Assembly (NCBI RefSeq): GCF_006345805.1
Contig: NC_043002.1
Span: 117,862,001-117,926,000 of the forward strand
Direction of reading: 5' to 3'
DNA: 64,000 bases
Origin: Octopus sinensis
Lineage: Eukaryota
Shown here: piece by piece, positions 1 to 61,479 of the stretch
Numbering within the stretch: position 1 is the first letter of the stretch
How the letters are laid out: each line of letters starts with the position of its first letter
Notes under the pieces: model-generated
Seen by the model: only the letters and a program-made list of their open reading frames with translations
Told to the model about the DNA's origin: nothing
The model's database searches: none
Translations under genes and position numbers: made by a program

Positions 1-800
1 GTGTGCCACAGGCACTGGTACCACAAGATACAAATTCCATTGATGTTCATCTATTTTGTCTATTTTGATTTGATTTTCACTTGCCTCAACCGGTCTTCAC
101 AAGTGTCACAAGAAGGAGGAAGGAAGGTATGCACAGGTGGACTGACTAGTCTTGCCGGGTCTTCGGAAGGTGTTTTTATGTGCCACCGACACAGGTGCCA
201 GATGAGGCTGGCGAACGGCCATGATCGGATGGTGTTTGTTACGTGCCCACAGCACGGAGGCCGGTCGATGCGGAACTGGCTACGGCCACGTTCGGATGGT
301 TCTCATGTGTGCCACCGGCACTGGTACCACACTGGTACCACAAGATACAGATTCCATTGATGTTCATCTATTTTGATTTGTTTTGATTTGATTTTCACTT
401 GCCTCAACAGGTCTTCACAAGTGTCACAAGAAGGAAGGTATGCACAGGTGGACTGACTACGTCCCAGGTAGGGGCCATGGGTTATGGCCTGACTAGTCTT
501 GCCGGGTCTTCGGATGGTGTTTTTATGTGCCACCGACACAGGTGCTAGATGAGGCTGGCGAACGGCCACGATCGGATGGTGTTTGTCATGTGCCCACAGA
601 ACGGAGGCCAGTCGATGCGGTACTGGCTACGGCCACTTTCGAATGGTTTTCTCTTGTGTGCCACCGGCACTGGTACCACAAAGATACAAATTCCATTGAT
701 GTTCATCTATTTTGATTAGTTTTGATTTGATTTTGATTTTGATTTTCACTTGCCTCAACAGGCCTTTGATTTTCACTTGCCTCAACAGGCCTTCACAAGT
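1..800 (-). mobile_element. Head-to-tail ~340-bp tandem copies of the RTE LINE 3' region
   Basis: Reverse complement matches the RT C-terminal end (gaagacccggcaagactag) and 3' UTR at 54618-55240; units start near 1, 307 and 656. Confidence 0.8.
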
Positions 801-1019
801 ATCACAAGGAGGAAGGTAACAGAATGATAAAAATAACTAACAGACAGAAACAAAAGCTAGGATTGCTATGACTAATTAACAACCCTTGAAAGTAGAACTC
901 CAGTATGGCTGCAGTTCAAGGATTGAAATCAATCAAGTAAAAACAACTCTGAAAGTGAATAAAAAACATATCTAAAGTCAATAACCCTTCTCTTTCTCAT
1001 CAAATTTTAATAACAATTT

Positions 1020-1400
1020 TTCTATGCTAGCCTGAGCTGAAAACATATTTACACAACAACTTTCTGTTCTTGTAATATCTTCCTTCGTTTCCTGCAATAA
1101 GTACCTTCCACGGTCAGAATATGGCATTTTTAAACAGATCAATCACCTTCCATTTGCACCACATCTTTCACCAGCAGTTTTCCCACGCTTCCTGCTGCTC
1201 CACTTTCCATGCAGCTGAAATGTTATGCATCTGACAGAACATCATTCACAAAACTTCCTCCTCATTCAATACTCATGTCTCACTACTATGTACTTTTCAT
1301 ACACCATTTATATACCCTGCTCTTTCTATTTGTTGCCATCAGAATCAATGAGTCCTTTAACTACATCCAGACTGTCATTGAATTTATGGTACAGCAAACT
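1020..1400 (-). mobile_element. Degraded RTE LINE RT C-terminal fragment
   Basis: Reverse complement resembles KCHTLAVEGT and VKGRLY of the 53.8-54.6 kb copy. Confidence 0.55.
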
Positions 1401-1519
1401 ATATCACTAACTAACAGAAATCACTAATGAAATCCAAGGCAAACCTATATAGCCTAGTAGTAGCAGATTGATCTGAAGTTTCAAACTAGTGATTTTAACA
1501 ACACATTTATTATAGAACT

Positions 1520-1743
1520 GACCCTGTGTTATTCAGATTACTTCTCTGTCAAATCTAATGCTTATTTATTCACTTTAGATTGAATTTTTCAAGCATTATC
1601 ACACAGCTTTGAGATTTTGACATGTGATTCTTTATTTTTAGAATGACATTGTAGTGCAAGTGTGAGAGGTCAGATCTGGCCAGTTTGAGCATAAAACAAG
1701 GTATTTGGGTCTGATATGGCCAGTTTAAATGTTAGATGGTTAA
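1520..1743. mobile_element. ~220-bp TTAA MITE (gcattcagattac...gccagtttaaatg family); other copies at ~33290-33460, 44267-44487 and 49800-50215 (tandem pair)
   Basis: Shared sequence among copies; ttaaccctttagcatt...aatgctaaagggtt termini in the 44.3 kb copy. Confidence 0.7.
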
Positions 1744-1864
1744 TAGTGTGGTTCAAGTACTTGAACTGCTGACATGTTTAATGATATATTATCACATTTA
1801 AATATTTAAATAATTTGCATTAGCACATGAAGATGAAGGTACAATTATAAATATAATTATTTAC

Positions 1865-49230
<47,366 letters not shown>

Positions 49231-51269
49231 CTTGCTTTGTCCTAAAACATTTAGATAAAGTAAATAATGTAAACATATTGCAATACAGTTTTTTTCTGAT
49301 AACAAGTTTTAAAAGGGGACATGAAATAACAAATTACACCTTTTATCAACAGTTTGTCTATTTCCTAAGGATATATAATACATACAGTGTGGGCCAAAAG
49401 TCATGCACAAAATATTTTCAGTATGCTCCAGAATAGTTGAAGACATTATTCAATATTTTTTTAATTGAATAAAATAAACAAATGGTGAATACACACATAC
49501 TTGTACATATTGAACAAAATGGATAATAATGTAATATAAATAAAATATCCAATTTTTCGGTGTGTGACTTTTGGACCACCCTTATTTTCATAAATAAATT
49601 GTCTATTCCTTTCACTGTATAGATTAAAAAAACACAAAAAGGATAACAGAAGGAGTTGATAATTTTATTTCTAAATTGAATAACATTTTTTCTGTCATTT
49701 ATTTCCAAATAATTGCACAATTTACAAAAAGAAAAAAAAAATCCAAGCATTATTTAACAGAGAAATATAAAGACAAATCAAGTTTTCTACATTTCCAAAT
49801 TAACCCTTTAGCATTCAGATTACTTCGTCAAATGTGATGCCTATTTATTCACATTGTTTTGAATTAATCCTACCATTATCTCATTGCTTTGAGATTTTGA
49901 TGATGTGATTATTTACTTTTAGAATGACATTGTAGAGTAAGTGTGAGAGGCCTGATCTGGCCGGTTTGAACATAAACCAGGTGGAATATTTAGGCTGGAT
50001 ATTGCCAGTTTAATCCTTTAGCATTCAGATTATTCTGTCAGATGCAAAGCTTAATTAATCATGCATCATCTTGTAGTTTCAAGATTTTAGTGATGGGATT
50101 GTTTATTTTTAGAATGACATTTTAGGGTAAGTGTGAGAGACCAGCTCTGGTAAGTTTGAACATAAAACAGGTAGAATATTTCGGCTTGATATCGCTGGTT
50201 TAAATGTTACCAAGTTAAAAACCAGAATCTCTAGCCAGACAGATATGCCAATGGTAGAATAGTTATACATTTCTCCAAACTGTCAATAATGTGCTGCAAG
50301 CTCAGTGACAAGACACTAAGAACTTTGGTAGTGGTGCTGAGATTCAGGAAATAGGCTGGACTACTGTTCTTAACCTTGGTCTCCTAGTGGACCAGACCAG
50401 ACCAGACCAGACTGGACAAAACTAGACCCTGCATGGGTGAGTGTGTGCAGGATTTATTCTTTTACTTGTTTCAGTCATTTGAATGGAGCTATGCTGGAGT
50501 ACTACCTTGAGGAGTTTTAATTGAACAAATCAACCCCAGGTCTTATTTTTTAAGTCTAACACTTATTCTATCACTCTCTTTAGCTGAACCGCTAGCTTAC
50601 AGGGATGTAAACACACCAACACCAGTTATCAAGCACTGATGGGGAGACAAAAACAAATGCACAAAGATATCTACAGGAAATGAAGTGCTTTGCTCAAGGA
50701 CAAAATGTGTTGCATGGTCCTGGAATCAAACCCATGAACTTAAGATTATGAGCCCAGTACCCTAACCACTAGGCCAGGTGTCTTCACAAACTGGTTTGTT
50801 TTATATTTATTTCTCCATGATAGAATAGGTTAGATGAATATGCCCTACCCATCACCAACCTTTACCTGTTTTTCAAATAAGGCATCTTTTATTTTACATA
50901 CCTTTGAAAGTATGAAGTGGGTGAATGATTTGTTAACAGAAGCAACAACATTACTTGACTTTCAGAGAGAACCAATGCACACACACACACCTACCAAATA
51001 TGTTCACAAATCCCTGAACTATAGGAGAAGACTTAACCTGAAATCACATGATTGTGAATTGAACTTTTTTAACCACACAACTACAACTGTATATCTTATC
51101 TATATATACATACATATCAGATATGTTACCATCAATGTAGACAGAATGAAAGCTAAGTATGAGGAGACTGGAGATATTGAAGCAGAGACAAGAGAATGAT
51201 TGTGATTTGTGCAAAATTGAAAAGATCTGCAACCAAACTCCTCAGGGGCAAGAAACAGTAATACAAATT

Positions 51270-52160
51270 CTTCTAAGATGAGTAAAAGTGGTGATAGGGG
51301 CGGGTGTGTGTGTGCATACTGTTAACTAAGCAATGAATAGCTAAATTAATTGAGGTAGTTGGGAAGCGAAGCTGGATAAGTATACCAAAAATAGTCATAG
51401 ACAACACTACAGAAGCATTCATTTTCAAGCATATCTCATAATCAGAATTGGCAGACAAACAGAACCAATACTATGAGGCCCTTCTGGAGATTACCGTAAC
51501 AATGATTAGCAACAACTTCATTATCAGAGTTGGTGATTTTAACAGGTATGTTGGTCAAAATGACAATGGCACCAATGATATTCATTTGTGCATGGCCTTG
51601 GCATGAAAAGTTAAGAGAGTGTAAGGCCCCAAGAGTGAGGCGATGCAACTGAACTAACAATTTGCAATATACACTTCAAGAAGCCAGCTAGCCATCTCAT
51701 CACCTACCAATATGGTCAACAGATTTCATTTTCACAATGAAATGAGATTGACAGACCTTTGTAAAGACCAAAGTCTTTCTTGGACTACCCAACATAGATT
51801 AGTGGCTAGATATTTCAGAGTCAGAGCTAAGTAGATTAGAGACAGAAGACAATATAGAGAATACACAAAGCTAAAAGATCTGTAGTTGGTTATAGGTTCA
51901 GAGACATTGTTATTGACATATATGACTATAAAAAAAAAAAAAAAACTAAGTATAAAGGTGTAGTAAGTAAAATGTGAGTCAATGATGGGTTCAGTAGTCA
52001 ATTTAGTATGAAGGTAAGAGTCAAAAGAAGCTTGGTCCTCAGCCCTCTCCCATTCACCACAGGCCTACAGTCATCACAAAAGAGTTTAAGACTGATCAAC
52101 CATGGCAACTGCTATTTGCTGATGATATAGTTCTCACAGCTGTATCTGTGGTAGAATTAG
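51270..52160 (+). mobile_element. Degraded RTE LINE (endonuclease and RT remnants)
   Basis: LLFADDIVL at ~52110; GDFNRYVG-like and GHGLG-like remnants upstream. Confidence 0.6.
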
Positions 52161-53754
52161 AGAGAAATTTCCAGGTGTGCTTTATGGCACAAAAGAAACC
52201 ACTTTAAACTTGCAAAAATAATATTCAGGATGCCTTACCTCTACTAAATAGAGAAGCAGATGTGTTATGTAAGATTAATTTTGAGGACCTGATTGAAGAC
52301 TTAGCAATTAAAAAAAATAGAAAACTTCTCAAATATAAATAAAATGGAAGTATACAAAAGTAAACATTATTTTCCATCTTACTGCTAGTTTTGTTTCATT
52401 TTGAAATATAAAAAAATTATTTTATGGTTTATTATTGTTTATATTTTGAATTACCTATGTATGGGGGCATCAAAATCTTTTAAGTGCTTAGGGCCTCCAT
52501 GAGTCTTAATCTGGCCCTGACCAGATGTAGTGTGTAAGTGGAGACTGCTGCATACACAAGTCCTGAGTGCTTGTTCAAAAAGGAGACCAAGTGTTGAGGC
52601 TGACCTGAAGATGCTACTTCTCACAGAGGAGATTTCAAAGGACCAGATTGACTGATGATATGTGGTGCTAGAGAAGACACATCCACCCATCAGAAAACAC
52701 ACATTAACACATGTGCATAAGCTACAATATCAACATCATCATCATTTAATGTCTATTTTCTATGCTGGTATGGGTTGGATGGTTTGACTGAAAACTAGTA
52801 ATCTGATTTGGCATAGTTTCTACAGCTGGGTGCCCTTCCTAACACCAACAACTCCAAAAGTGAAGGGAGTGTTTTTTATGTGCCACCAGCACGGGTGTCA
52901 GTTACAAAACATTGGCATTGGCCACTACTTGTGATCTCACTTGGCTTGACAGGTTTTCTGAAGCCCAGTACATTGCCAAAGGTCTTGCTCACTTGTCACT
53001 GCCTTTGTGAAGCCCAAGGTTTGAAGGGTGCTCCTTGTGTCACTGGCGCAGGTGCCAGTTATGTGGCACCGGCTACAGCTATAATACAATATATATCACA
53101 TATATATATCTTTTATTTGTTTCAGTCATTAGACTGCGGCCATGCTGGGGCACTGCCTTGGAGAATTTTTGTCAAATAAATTGAACCCAGTACTTATTCT
53201 TTTTTTAATAGAAAGCTTGATACTTATTCTATTGGTCTCTTTTGGCTAACTGCTAAGTTACGGAGTCATAAACAAACCAACACAAGTTGTCAAGCAGTGA
53301 TGGGGGACAAACACAGGCACATACCTGATAAGCTTCTTTCAGTTTGTCAACTAAGTCTAATCACAAGGTTTTGGTTGGCCCATGGCTATAGTAGAAGACA
53401 CTTACCCAAGATGTCATGCAGTGGGACTGAACTCGGAACTATGTGGTTGGGAAGCTTACTACACAGGCCCCTGATGAAAGAGGTCAGTCTTATGGTAATA
53501 TCAGCATGTGACAATTTACTGATTGCATAGCCATCACTTTTTGCACATATCATGTTTATCTGCATCAATATCTTCATAACAGCTCATTTGGATTTTGCTA
53601 ATAGCCAACTTTTATCCCATGGACCAACTCCTCGATAAAGATTTTAAGTTCAAATCATTTGAGCACTACTACATGTTTTCTATATGGAGCATTACAAGCT
53701 GTCATCTTTTGACTGTGTGTGTGTGTGTGTGTGTGCATATTATATATATATATA

Positions 53755-55392
53755 TATTAGATTAGAATCGAAGGGCCTTAGAATCAACCTAGCCAAAACC
53801 AAAGTCCTAATAAGTAGGAAGGTAGACCAATCACAAACACCTTCAGGTAGATAGCCCTGCTTGATCTGTAGAAAAGGTGTAGGTAGAAACTTTTTAAGAT
53901 GCACCAAGTGTAAGCTATGGACACATAAGAGGTGCAGCAATGTCAAAGGAAGGCTAACTAGGAAAATAGTTTTTGTCTGTGGCAGATGCTCAGGAGCAAT
54001 AAACACTGAAAATGTGCAGAGACCAACTTCTACCACATTCCAGGGAGAAAAACTAGAAGTAGTTGATAGCTTCCGCTACCTAGGTGACCAAGTCAGTAGT
54101 GGGGGTGGGTGTGCTGAAAGTGTAACTGCTAGAGTAAGAATAGCCTGGGCAAAGTTTAGAGAGCTCTTACCCCTGCTGGTGACTAAAGGCCTCTCGCTCA
54201 GAGTAAAAGGCAGACTGTATGACGCATGTGTACGTACAGCCATGCTACATGGTAGTGAAACATGGGCCGTGACTGCTGAGGATATGTGTAAGCTTGCAAG
54301 AAATGAAGCCAGTATGCTCCGATGGATGTGTAATGTCAGTGTTCATAATCGACAGAGTGTAAGTACCTTGAGAAAGTTGGACCTAAGAAGCATCAGTTGT
54401 GGTGTGCAAGAGAGACGTTTGTGCTGGTATGGTCATGTGACGAGAATGGCTGAAGATAGTTGTGTGCAAAAGTGCCACACCCTAGCAGTTGAGGGAACCT
54501 GTGGAAGAGGTAGACCCAGGAAAACCTGGGACGAGGTGGTGAAGCACGACCTTCAAACTTTAGGTCTCACCAAGGAAATGACTAGAGACCGAGACCTATG
54601 GAAGTATGCTGTGCGTGAGAAGACCCGGCAAGACTAGTGAGACCATAACCCGTGGCCTCTACCTGGTATGTAGCCAGTCGACTTATACATACCTTTCCTT
54701 CTTGGGACACAAAACTCCACTTGTGAAGACCCGTTGAGGCAAGTGAAAATCAAACCAAATCAAATCAGATATCAGAAAGCAGTACCAAAATCGAAGTCGA
54801 TCAACATCAATGGAAATTGCAGCTGTGATACCAGTGCAGGTGACAAGTAAGCGAACCATCAGATCGTGGCCATTGCCAGTGCCGCCCCGACTGGCCTCCG
54901 TGCCGGTGGCACGTAAAAAGCACCATCCGTTTGTGGCCGTTGCCAGCCTCGCGTGTCCCCCGTGCCGGTGGCACGTAAAAAGCACCATCCGATCGTGATC
55001 GTTGCCAGCTGCGCCTGGCCCCTGTGCCAGTGGCACGTAAAAAGTACCATCCGTTCGTGGCCGTTGCCAGCCTCGTGTCCCCCCCCCCATGCCGGTGGCA
55101 CGTAAAAAGCACCATCTGATCGTGATCGTTGCCAGCTGCGCCTGGCCCCTGTGCTGGTGGCACGTAAAAAGCACCATCCGATTGTGGTCGTTTGCCAGCT
55201 CCGTCTGGCACCTGTGTGGGTGGCACGTAAAAAGCACCCACTACACTCACGGAGTGGTTGGTGTTAGGAAAGGCATCCAGCCGTAGAAACACTGCCAGAT
55301 CAGACTGGGCCTGATGCAGCCTTCTGGCTGCACAGACCCCAGTTGAACCGTCCAACCCATGCTAGCATGGAAAGCGGACGCTAAATGATGAT
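53755..55392 (+). mobile_element. 5'-truncated, relatively young RTE LINE: RT C-terminal half with PHD-like insert, 3' UTR with ~62-64-bp VNTR and (GAT)n tail
   Basis: ORF 53861-54637 (LEVVDSFRYLG, ARVRIAWAKF, MLHGSETW, RGRPRKTW); upstream GLRINLAKTKV interrupted by TAG at 53852. Confidence 0.93.
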
Positions 55393-56849
55393 GATATATA
55401 TATATACACAAATACATACCACTCTTTGCCACACTCACCTGTCCTTATAATGAAAGACAGTTCTAGATCCCTCTACACAACCAACCCTATCACCTCTACA
55501 TGCTCTCCTTTTCACAATAATCCCCATGACTAATCTCTTTTTTTCCCCCTGTTGCCTGCCATACTCTGCTCCCTACCCATTAGTGACTCCCCACAATCCT
55601 TTTGAAACTGCAAATCCCTTCCTTTCATTTTACTGTCACTCATTCAAACGCCTGCTACTGCCCAGTTTCTTTTCTCAGTTATAAGAGTCACTCTATAAAG
55701 TGGTTGGCATTAGAATGAGCATCTGGTTTTAGACATTGAAGCATGAAACAGTCCCCAGACTCACTCGTCAGATCCTATTGTACTGTCTAACCCATGCCAT
55801 TATGGAAGCCAGACATTAAATTACATAATACATACACACAATATTTCACCACAATTGTCTTATGTCTAAGTTTACTTTTGGCTTCTAAACACCAACCACT
55901 TTACAAGCATATTTGATGAGATCCCTTATGCATACCTGTCAAGATGCAAGATGGGTGGGAAGGTTAGACTGGCAAGAATTAGGATTGTGGAAGGGGATGG
56001 GGGCAAGGATCAAATAGGTCCTGTGGCGTCCCTAATTACAAAAGAAGCCATCTGTTATTCTTTGTCATATTAACAGCATAGAACAATAACATTAACTTTG
56101 TTGATACCAACTCAGATGAGAGCATCTCTGGTTCTATGATACAAACCTCTTGTTTCAAAGTGATCTAAAAACTTTCTATCAAAATTTCATATTTTGATGT
56201 TCCAAACACCAGCTTTAATAATGACAAAGTTATTTTACCAAATTCTTTATTATTTACGAAATTAAGTGAAAGAAAGGTAGTGTAGTTCAACAAAAAACAA
56301 ACAAACTAGTGCAATGGTTAAGAGAAGGGAGTAATTGAGAGATGAGCAATAAGGTATGAGAGCTAGCAGCATAAATGATAAAGGCTTAACCAATAGAGAC
56401 TTGCATTACTGTAGCATGGATGGTAGATAAATAATAAAGAGATGTGATAAGGATGTCAAGGGATGAAAGGCTACCAAAGCGGCCAAGGATGTAGATTTGA
56501 CAGTATGCAAATCATTACCATTTAATGCCTGTTTTCCATAGATTAGACAGTTAGACAGGAGCTGACCAGCCAGAGAACTGTCCAGGCTCCAATCGTCTGT
56601 TTTGGCATGATTGCTATGATTGGATGCCCTACCTAATATTAACCAGTTTACAGTGTGCCTTTTATGTGCTACCATGCCACCAAAGACATGCCCTCTTCCT
56701 CTTCCCATAGGCTCCCAAACGTTAAAAAAAAACAACCATAAATGTAGATATGATGAAAAGTAGGCCTGGTGAGATTGTGGAGATGCTGGAGTAGAGATGA
56801 GTGGAAGTGTGCAAGAGGTAAGATAGAAAGGAGCCTCAACAAAACTCCT

Positions 56850-59100
56850 CACAAGTAAGAGACAATATGAATTCTTCTGAGTGAGTAATAGAGGCAGTAG
56901 GGATGGGGTAGGAATACTGTTAGTTGAAAAATGGACAAAATAATTGAGAGAGTCAAGGTATGCGATAGGACAAATAAGATGAGACTAGCTATAGACAACT
57001 CAACAGTGACATTCAATTCCTCATATGTCCAGCAGGCAGGATTAACAGAACAAAAGAACTGCTTCTATGATATCCTGTTGTAGTTTACTCAATGACAACT
57101 GACAGTGACTTACTGTGACAAATGACTTCAATAGACATGTTGGCCAACACAATGATGGCTTCTGTGACATACAAAGCAGCTAGGGATATAGTTCAAGAAA
57201 GGAAGAGGGTGTAAGTCTTCTGAGTTCTGTGAATCAACTGATCTAACAATTTGTAACATTTTAAGCCAACCAACCATTCCACCACCAGAAAGCAGGAACT
57301 GAAGGGCTATTGTAAATATCAATACCTTTCCTGGTGAAAACTACAACATGGACTTGTGGCTAATGACTTCAGAGCTACGCAGACACAAGAAGTTGACATA
57401 GAGAAGGAAGATTTAAAAATGAAAAGATCCTGCAACTGGAATAGGTTTAGAGAAATTCCAATCAATGCATATGATTGGGGAGAAAAAAATTCGAATGTCT
57501 ATAGCATAGATGATGACAACTGGGAATTTCTATGAAATAACCTGCTTAGGGTTACAGATCCGATATGGAGCTGGGGCAATGTCCCTACCAAACTAAAGGT
57601 AGTGGAGGTGGAATGACACAATTGATTGGGTAGTAAAGGTTAAAAGAAAGGCTTGGAAAACTCAGAAAGAGAGCGGCAGTAAAGAAAAGTATCAAATGCC
57701 TAGAACCTGCAGGGACTTGTAATTCAAAATAACAGCAGTGAGGTAGATAAATAGCTAAGGACACAAATGGAAGGAATGCAGTAGGCCCACCACAGATAGT
57801 TGTGGAGATGTTTAAAATATCTGGTGAAGTAGAATACATAATTACCTTTTGGATAGCTAAATTAAGTTATACATGAAGGTGTCGTACTGAATTGTTGGCA
57901 GAACAGTATCACCATAAACTGTTACAAAGGCAAAGAAGATGCCTTACTGAGAGAAAATTATAGAGGAATCAAATTACTGAATTCAGTAATGAAGGTCAGA
58001 GAGAGAAGTGTCATAGCACAATTGATCCATGACGAGTAGACTAAGACAAAACGGAATTTGGTTTTGTACAAGGAAGAGATAACACAGATGCAATCTTCCT
58101 ACTGAGGAAACTGCAGAATTACTCCTGGCATCCATTGACTTGGTGAAGGTGTTTTGGTCATTGAGGAAACAAGATGTAGATGAATGGCTTGTGAGGGGTG
58201 TACACTCTATGTACAAAGATACAGAAAGTCAGTCAACAATTTCAGTGACAAATCTAGCATGAAGGTAGAAGTCTGCTCCAATTCATTCTGTCCTTTGGAA
58301 GTACTCTATGTTGATGATCTAATTCACTATAGTGAAATTAAAGAGGAAATTCTAGGTATGAAAGCTAAAGATAGAATTGGGAGACTTCAAGGTAAACCTA
58401 GTAAGAAGAAAAGAAGACAGGAGCCTGATATGTTCAGAGAAATAACTTGCTTGATATGCAGAAAAGGAGTAGGTATAAACTCTGTATATTGTACTTAATA
58501 TAAGCAATAAAAGGTGGAGTGGAATCACAGGTAGACTAACAAAGAAAGTAAGCTTCATATGTGACAGGTGTACTGGAGCAGTATGCACTGTAAGCAACCT
58601 GGAAATACATTCTCTTAAATGCTTGGATGGTTCAGTAGAAGTAGTTAATAGATTTCATTATTTAGGGGATGTAATTAGTGGGGGAGATGGTTGCTCTGAA
58701 AGTATAGTAGCCAAAGTAAGAACGGGTTGGAAAAAGTTTAGGAAGCTATTACTACTGCTGGCAACAAAGGTCTTTTCCCTTCGCGTTAAAAGCAGATTGT
58801 TTGCTTGTATTAGAACTGCAATGCTGTATAGTGGTGAGATGTGGGCCTTGAATGCAAAGGGCTTGAAAAGATTAGAAAGAAATGAAGATAGTACATTTTG
58901 ATGGGTGTGCAATGAAATGTAAAGAAAGTATAAATCTGTTGAGAGAAAAACTGAGCATAAGAGGAATCAGATGTAATGTGCAAGAAAAGATTGTGCTAGT
59001 GTTGACACGAGATATGAATAAGGACAGTTATATAAAGAAATGCCGATCACTTAATGTGGATGGAGAATGTGGCAGAAGGGAAGCAGAAATTGTATGGAAG
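56850..59100 (+). mobile_element. Degraded RTE LINE (endonuclease to RT C-terminus)
   Basis: LYVDDLI, CLICRKGVGINSVYC, VEVVNRFHYLGDVISGG and AMLYSGEMW remnants. Confidence 0.8.
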
Positions 59101-61479
59101 CACCCGCCAAATAACCTTTTATTCATAGGGCAGGGCAAAACGAAAGTATAGGAGCATAGTTTATAGTAACCATTGGTCTGTCGATGCAATTGTAAATATG
59201 AACAAGTGTCAAGTGCCCAAGGAGCAAGAAATATGAGGTTGGGAGGGGTTAGTATGGATTTAGAAGTTCTGATGACCTCTCAGACCTTCAAGGCTATTGT
59301 GGTACCGATTCTGAGGCAATCAACCATGATTAAGCAGAGGCGTCCGAAGGTAATTGTTCCAGCTAGTAACACCACCAGTAATACCAAGTATTATTGTGGT
59401 AAACCTGCCTTGTCCTCAACCGCAGAAGCAAACAATGCAGAGACATCTCTCAGTCTAGAAACGTCAGGTTACCTTATGCAAAACCCTCTCTCATAAATTC
59501 GACATCATCCACTTGCCCAAAGACAGTTAGAAGACTCGTCAGTGACGGAAAGAAACATTTTTTTTTATTTAAAAAAGCAGTTACACACGTAATCTTTTAC
59601 CTTTTACTTGTTTCAGTCATTAAACTGGGCCATGCTGGGGCACCGCCTTGAATTTTTAGTCGAACGAATCGCCCCCAGTACTTGTTTTTTTTTTAAAGCT
59701 TAGTACTTATTCTATCAGTCTCTGGTGCCGAACTGCTAAGTTACGGAGACATAAACATACCAACACCGGTTGTCAAGCGGTGGTGGGGACTAACACACAG
59801 CGGGCTTCTTTCAGTTTCTGTCTACCAAATCCACTCGCAAAGCTTTGGTTCATTGTATATTTCATGTTTCAAGCCCCTGTGGCTAATAAAGAAGCTACTA
59901 CAAATGAGAAACAGCAATCAAATGAATGCTAGATATCTTGAAGAGGTAAGAAATGAAGGTCAATCGAAATATCTTTGATCCCTCTATTTATCTGATAACA
60001 TGTCAAATATATCGAATGCTTGTAATCTCAAATTTGATTCATTGAAGAAGGGGAAAGGGTAGCATTGTTGATTCCTTTCCAGTCAGCTTTCACTGAACAA
60101 AACCAATGATTATAAGTGTTAGTTTTATCTTAGAAATACCGAGGTCTACATTATCTAATGGGCGATTTTTAAAAATTCAAAACAACAGAATAGGATGTAA
60201 ATTGAGAGATATTTAGCAGCTATTGTTAGTATGCCGAGCGACAATATAGTGGCCGTTCTCATTGAGGGCTTTTGTAGAGAATAGAATTCAAGGAAACATC
60301 CAAGACACAAAGAGGAACAGGACATAACATCTAGAACCAAGCAAACAAGAATTTGCCCAAATATTGCTATATAATAATGAATATAAATCATTACTATTAT
60401 TATTACATCATTAGTAAGCAATATAAAAAACAAATTATTACATAATTAGTAATCAGTCACATACTATACACGCCTATTTAATATGAAAGTATCAAAAAGA
60501 CTCAATACCACATCGTGATGTCGAATCAATTAATCTTGTGAAATAAACCAGGTTTATGTGTCTTGAGAAAGTAATGCCATATCAATACTGCACAAAACAC
60601 AGCAGACGAACATTGATTCCAATCTTTGATAGAAAAAATGAAATAATTAATTTTATCTTACAATAATCTTTCTCTCAAGACTACCTTAATGGTAAATGAA
60701 AAGATTTGGTAATCACACTGGAGACACAGGTTCAATTTTAGCCAAGTGAAATTACTCTAAATTAGATAAAGACGACTTAATCTAGAAAACAGTAGGAACC
60801 TTTAGGCGGTTGCTGCACTTGCTAGGAAAAACAGCCAAATCACCCTCAGATTATAAGGCTATCGTTTTAAAAAGTGGGGTATTGGGCAGTGTAGTCCTTG
60901 ATATATGAAAAGGGAGTAACCACGGATGGAACACACAGCTCTACTTAGGGATAAACAACTAAGGAAGTTATTCACGAAAGGTAATGAAACTTTGAGCTGA
61001 GAGTAATAAGGTAAATAGAAGCATTTCCATTAAAAAGGATCGGTTTGTCAATTTGGATCCAGTGTAGAAGGTTGAAAAGCCTAGATTTCACCAGACTTGT
61101 GAGAAGGGTAAACAAGAAGAATATGGTTAGGTCAATGTTAATAAGGGACTTCTTACTTGTTTAGTTAATTATCAATCAGAGATAGTAAAAAACCAAAAAC
61201 TGACGATAATAAATAAGGAAGGTGAGTGGAGTGTGTTTAATTACTGGCACGATTGGATACGATGCAAGTAAATATAATTAAAACTCACGAATTAGAGGGA
61301 AAGTGTGTGTATAATATATATATATATATATACAGATATTTATTTATATTGGTTGGTGATTAGTAATCGGGTTGGTGTGGCAGGTGAGTTCGACCAGTTC
61401 TTTGGAGATATTTGCAGAGGAAAAAGATGAAAGAGAAAGGATAGACGAAATCCTGTTTGGACGAAAGAGAATTGTGAGC

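Noticed and set aside
59173-59496. 107-aa plus-strand ORF (also 60155-60433 minus)
   Set aside because: No recognisable domain or splice signals; lies in the repeat-rich UTR intron
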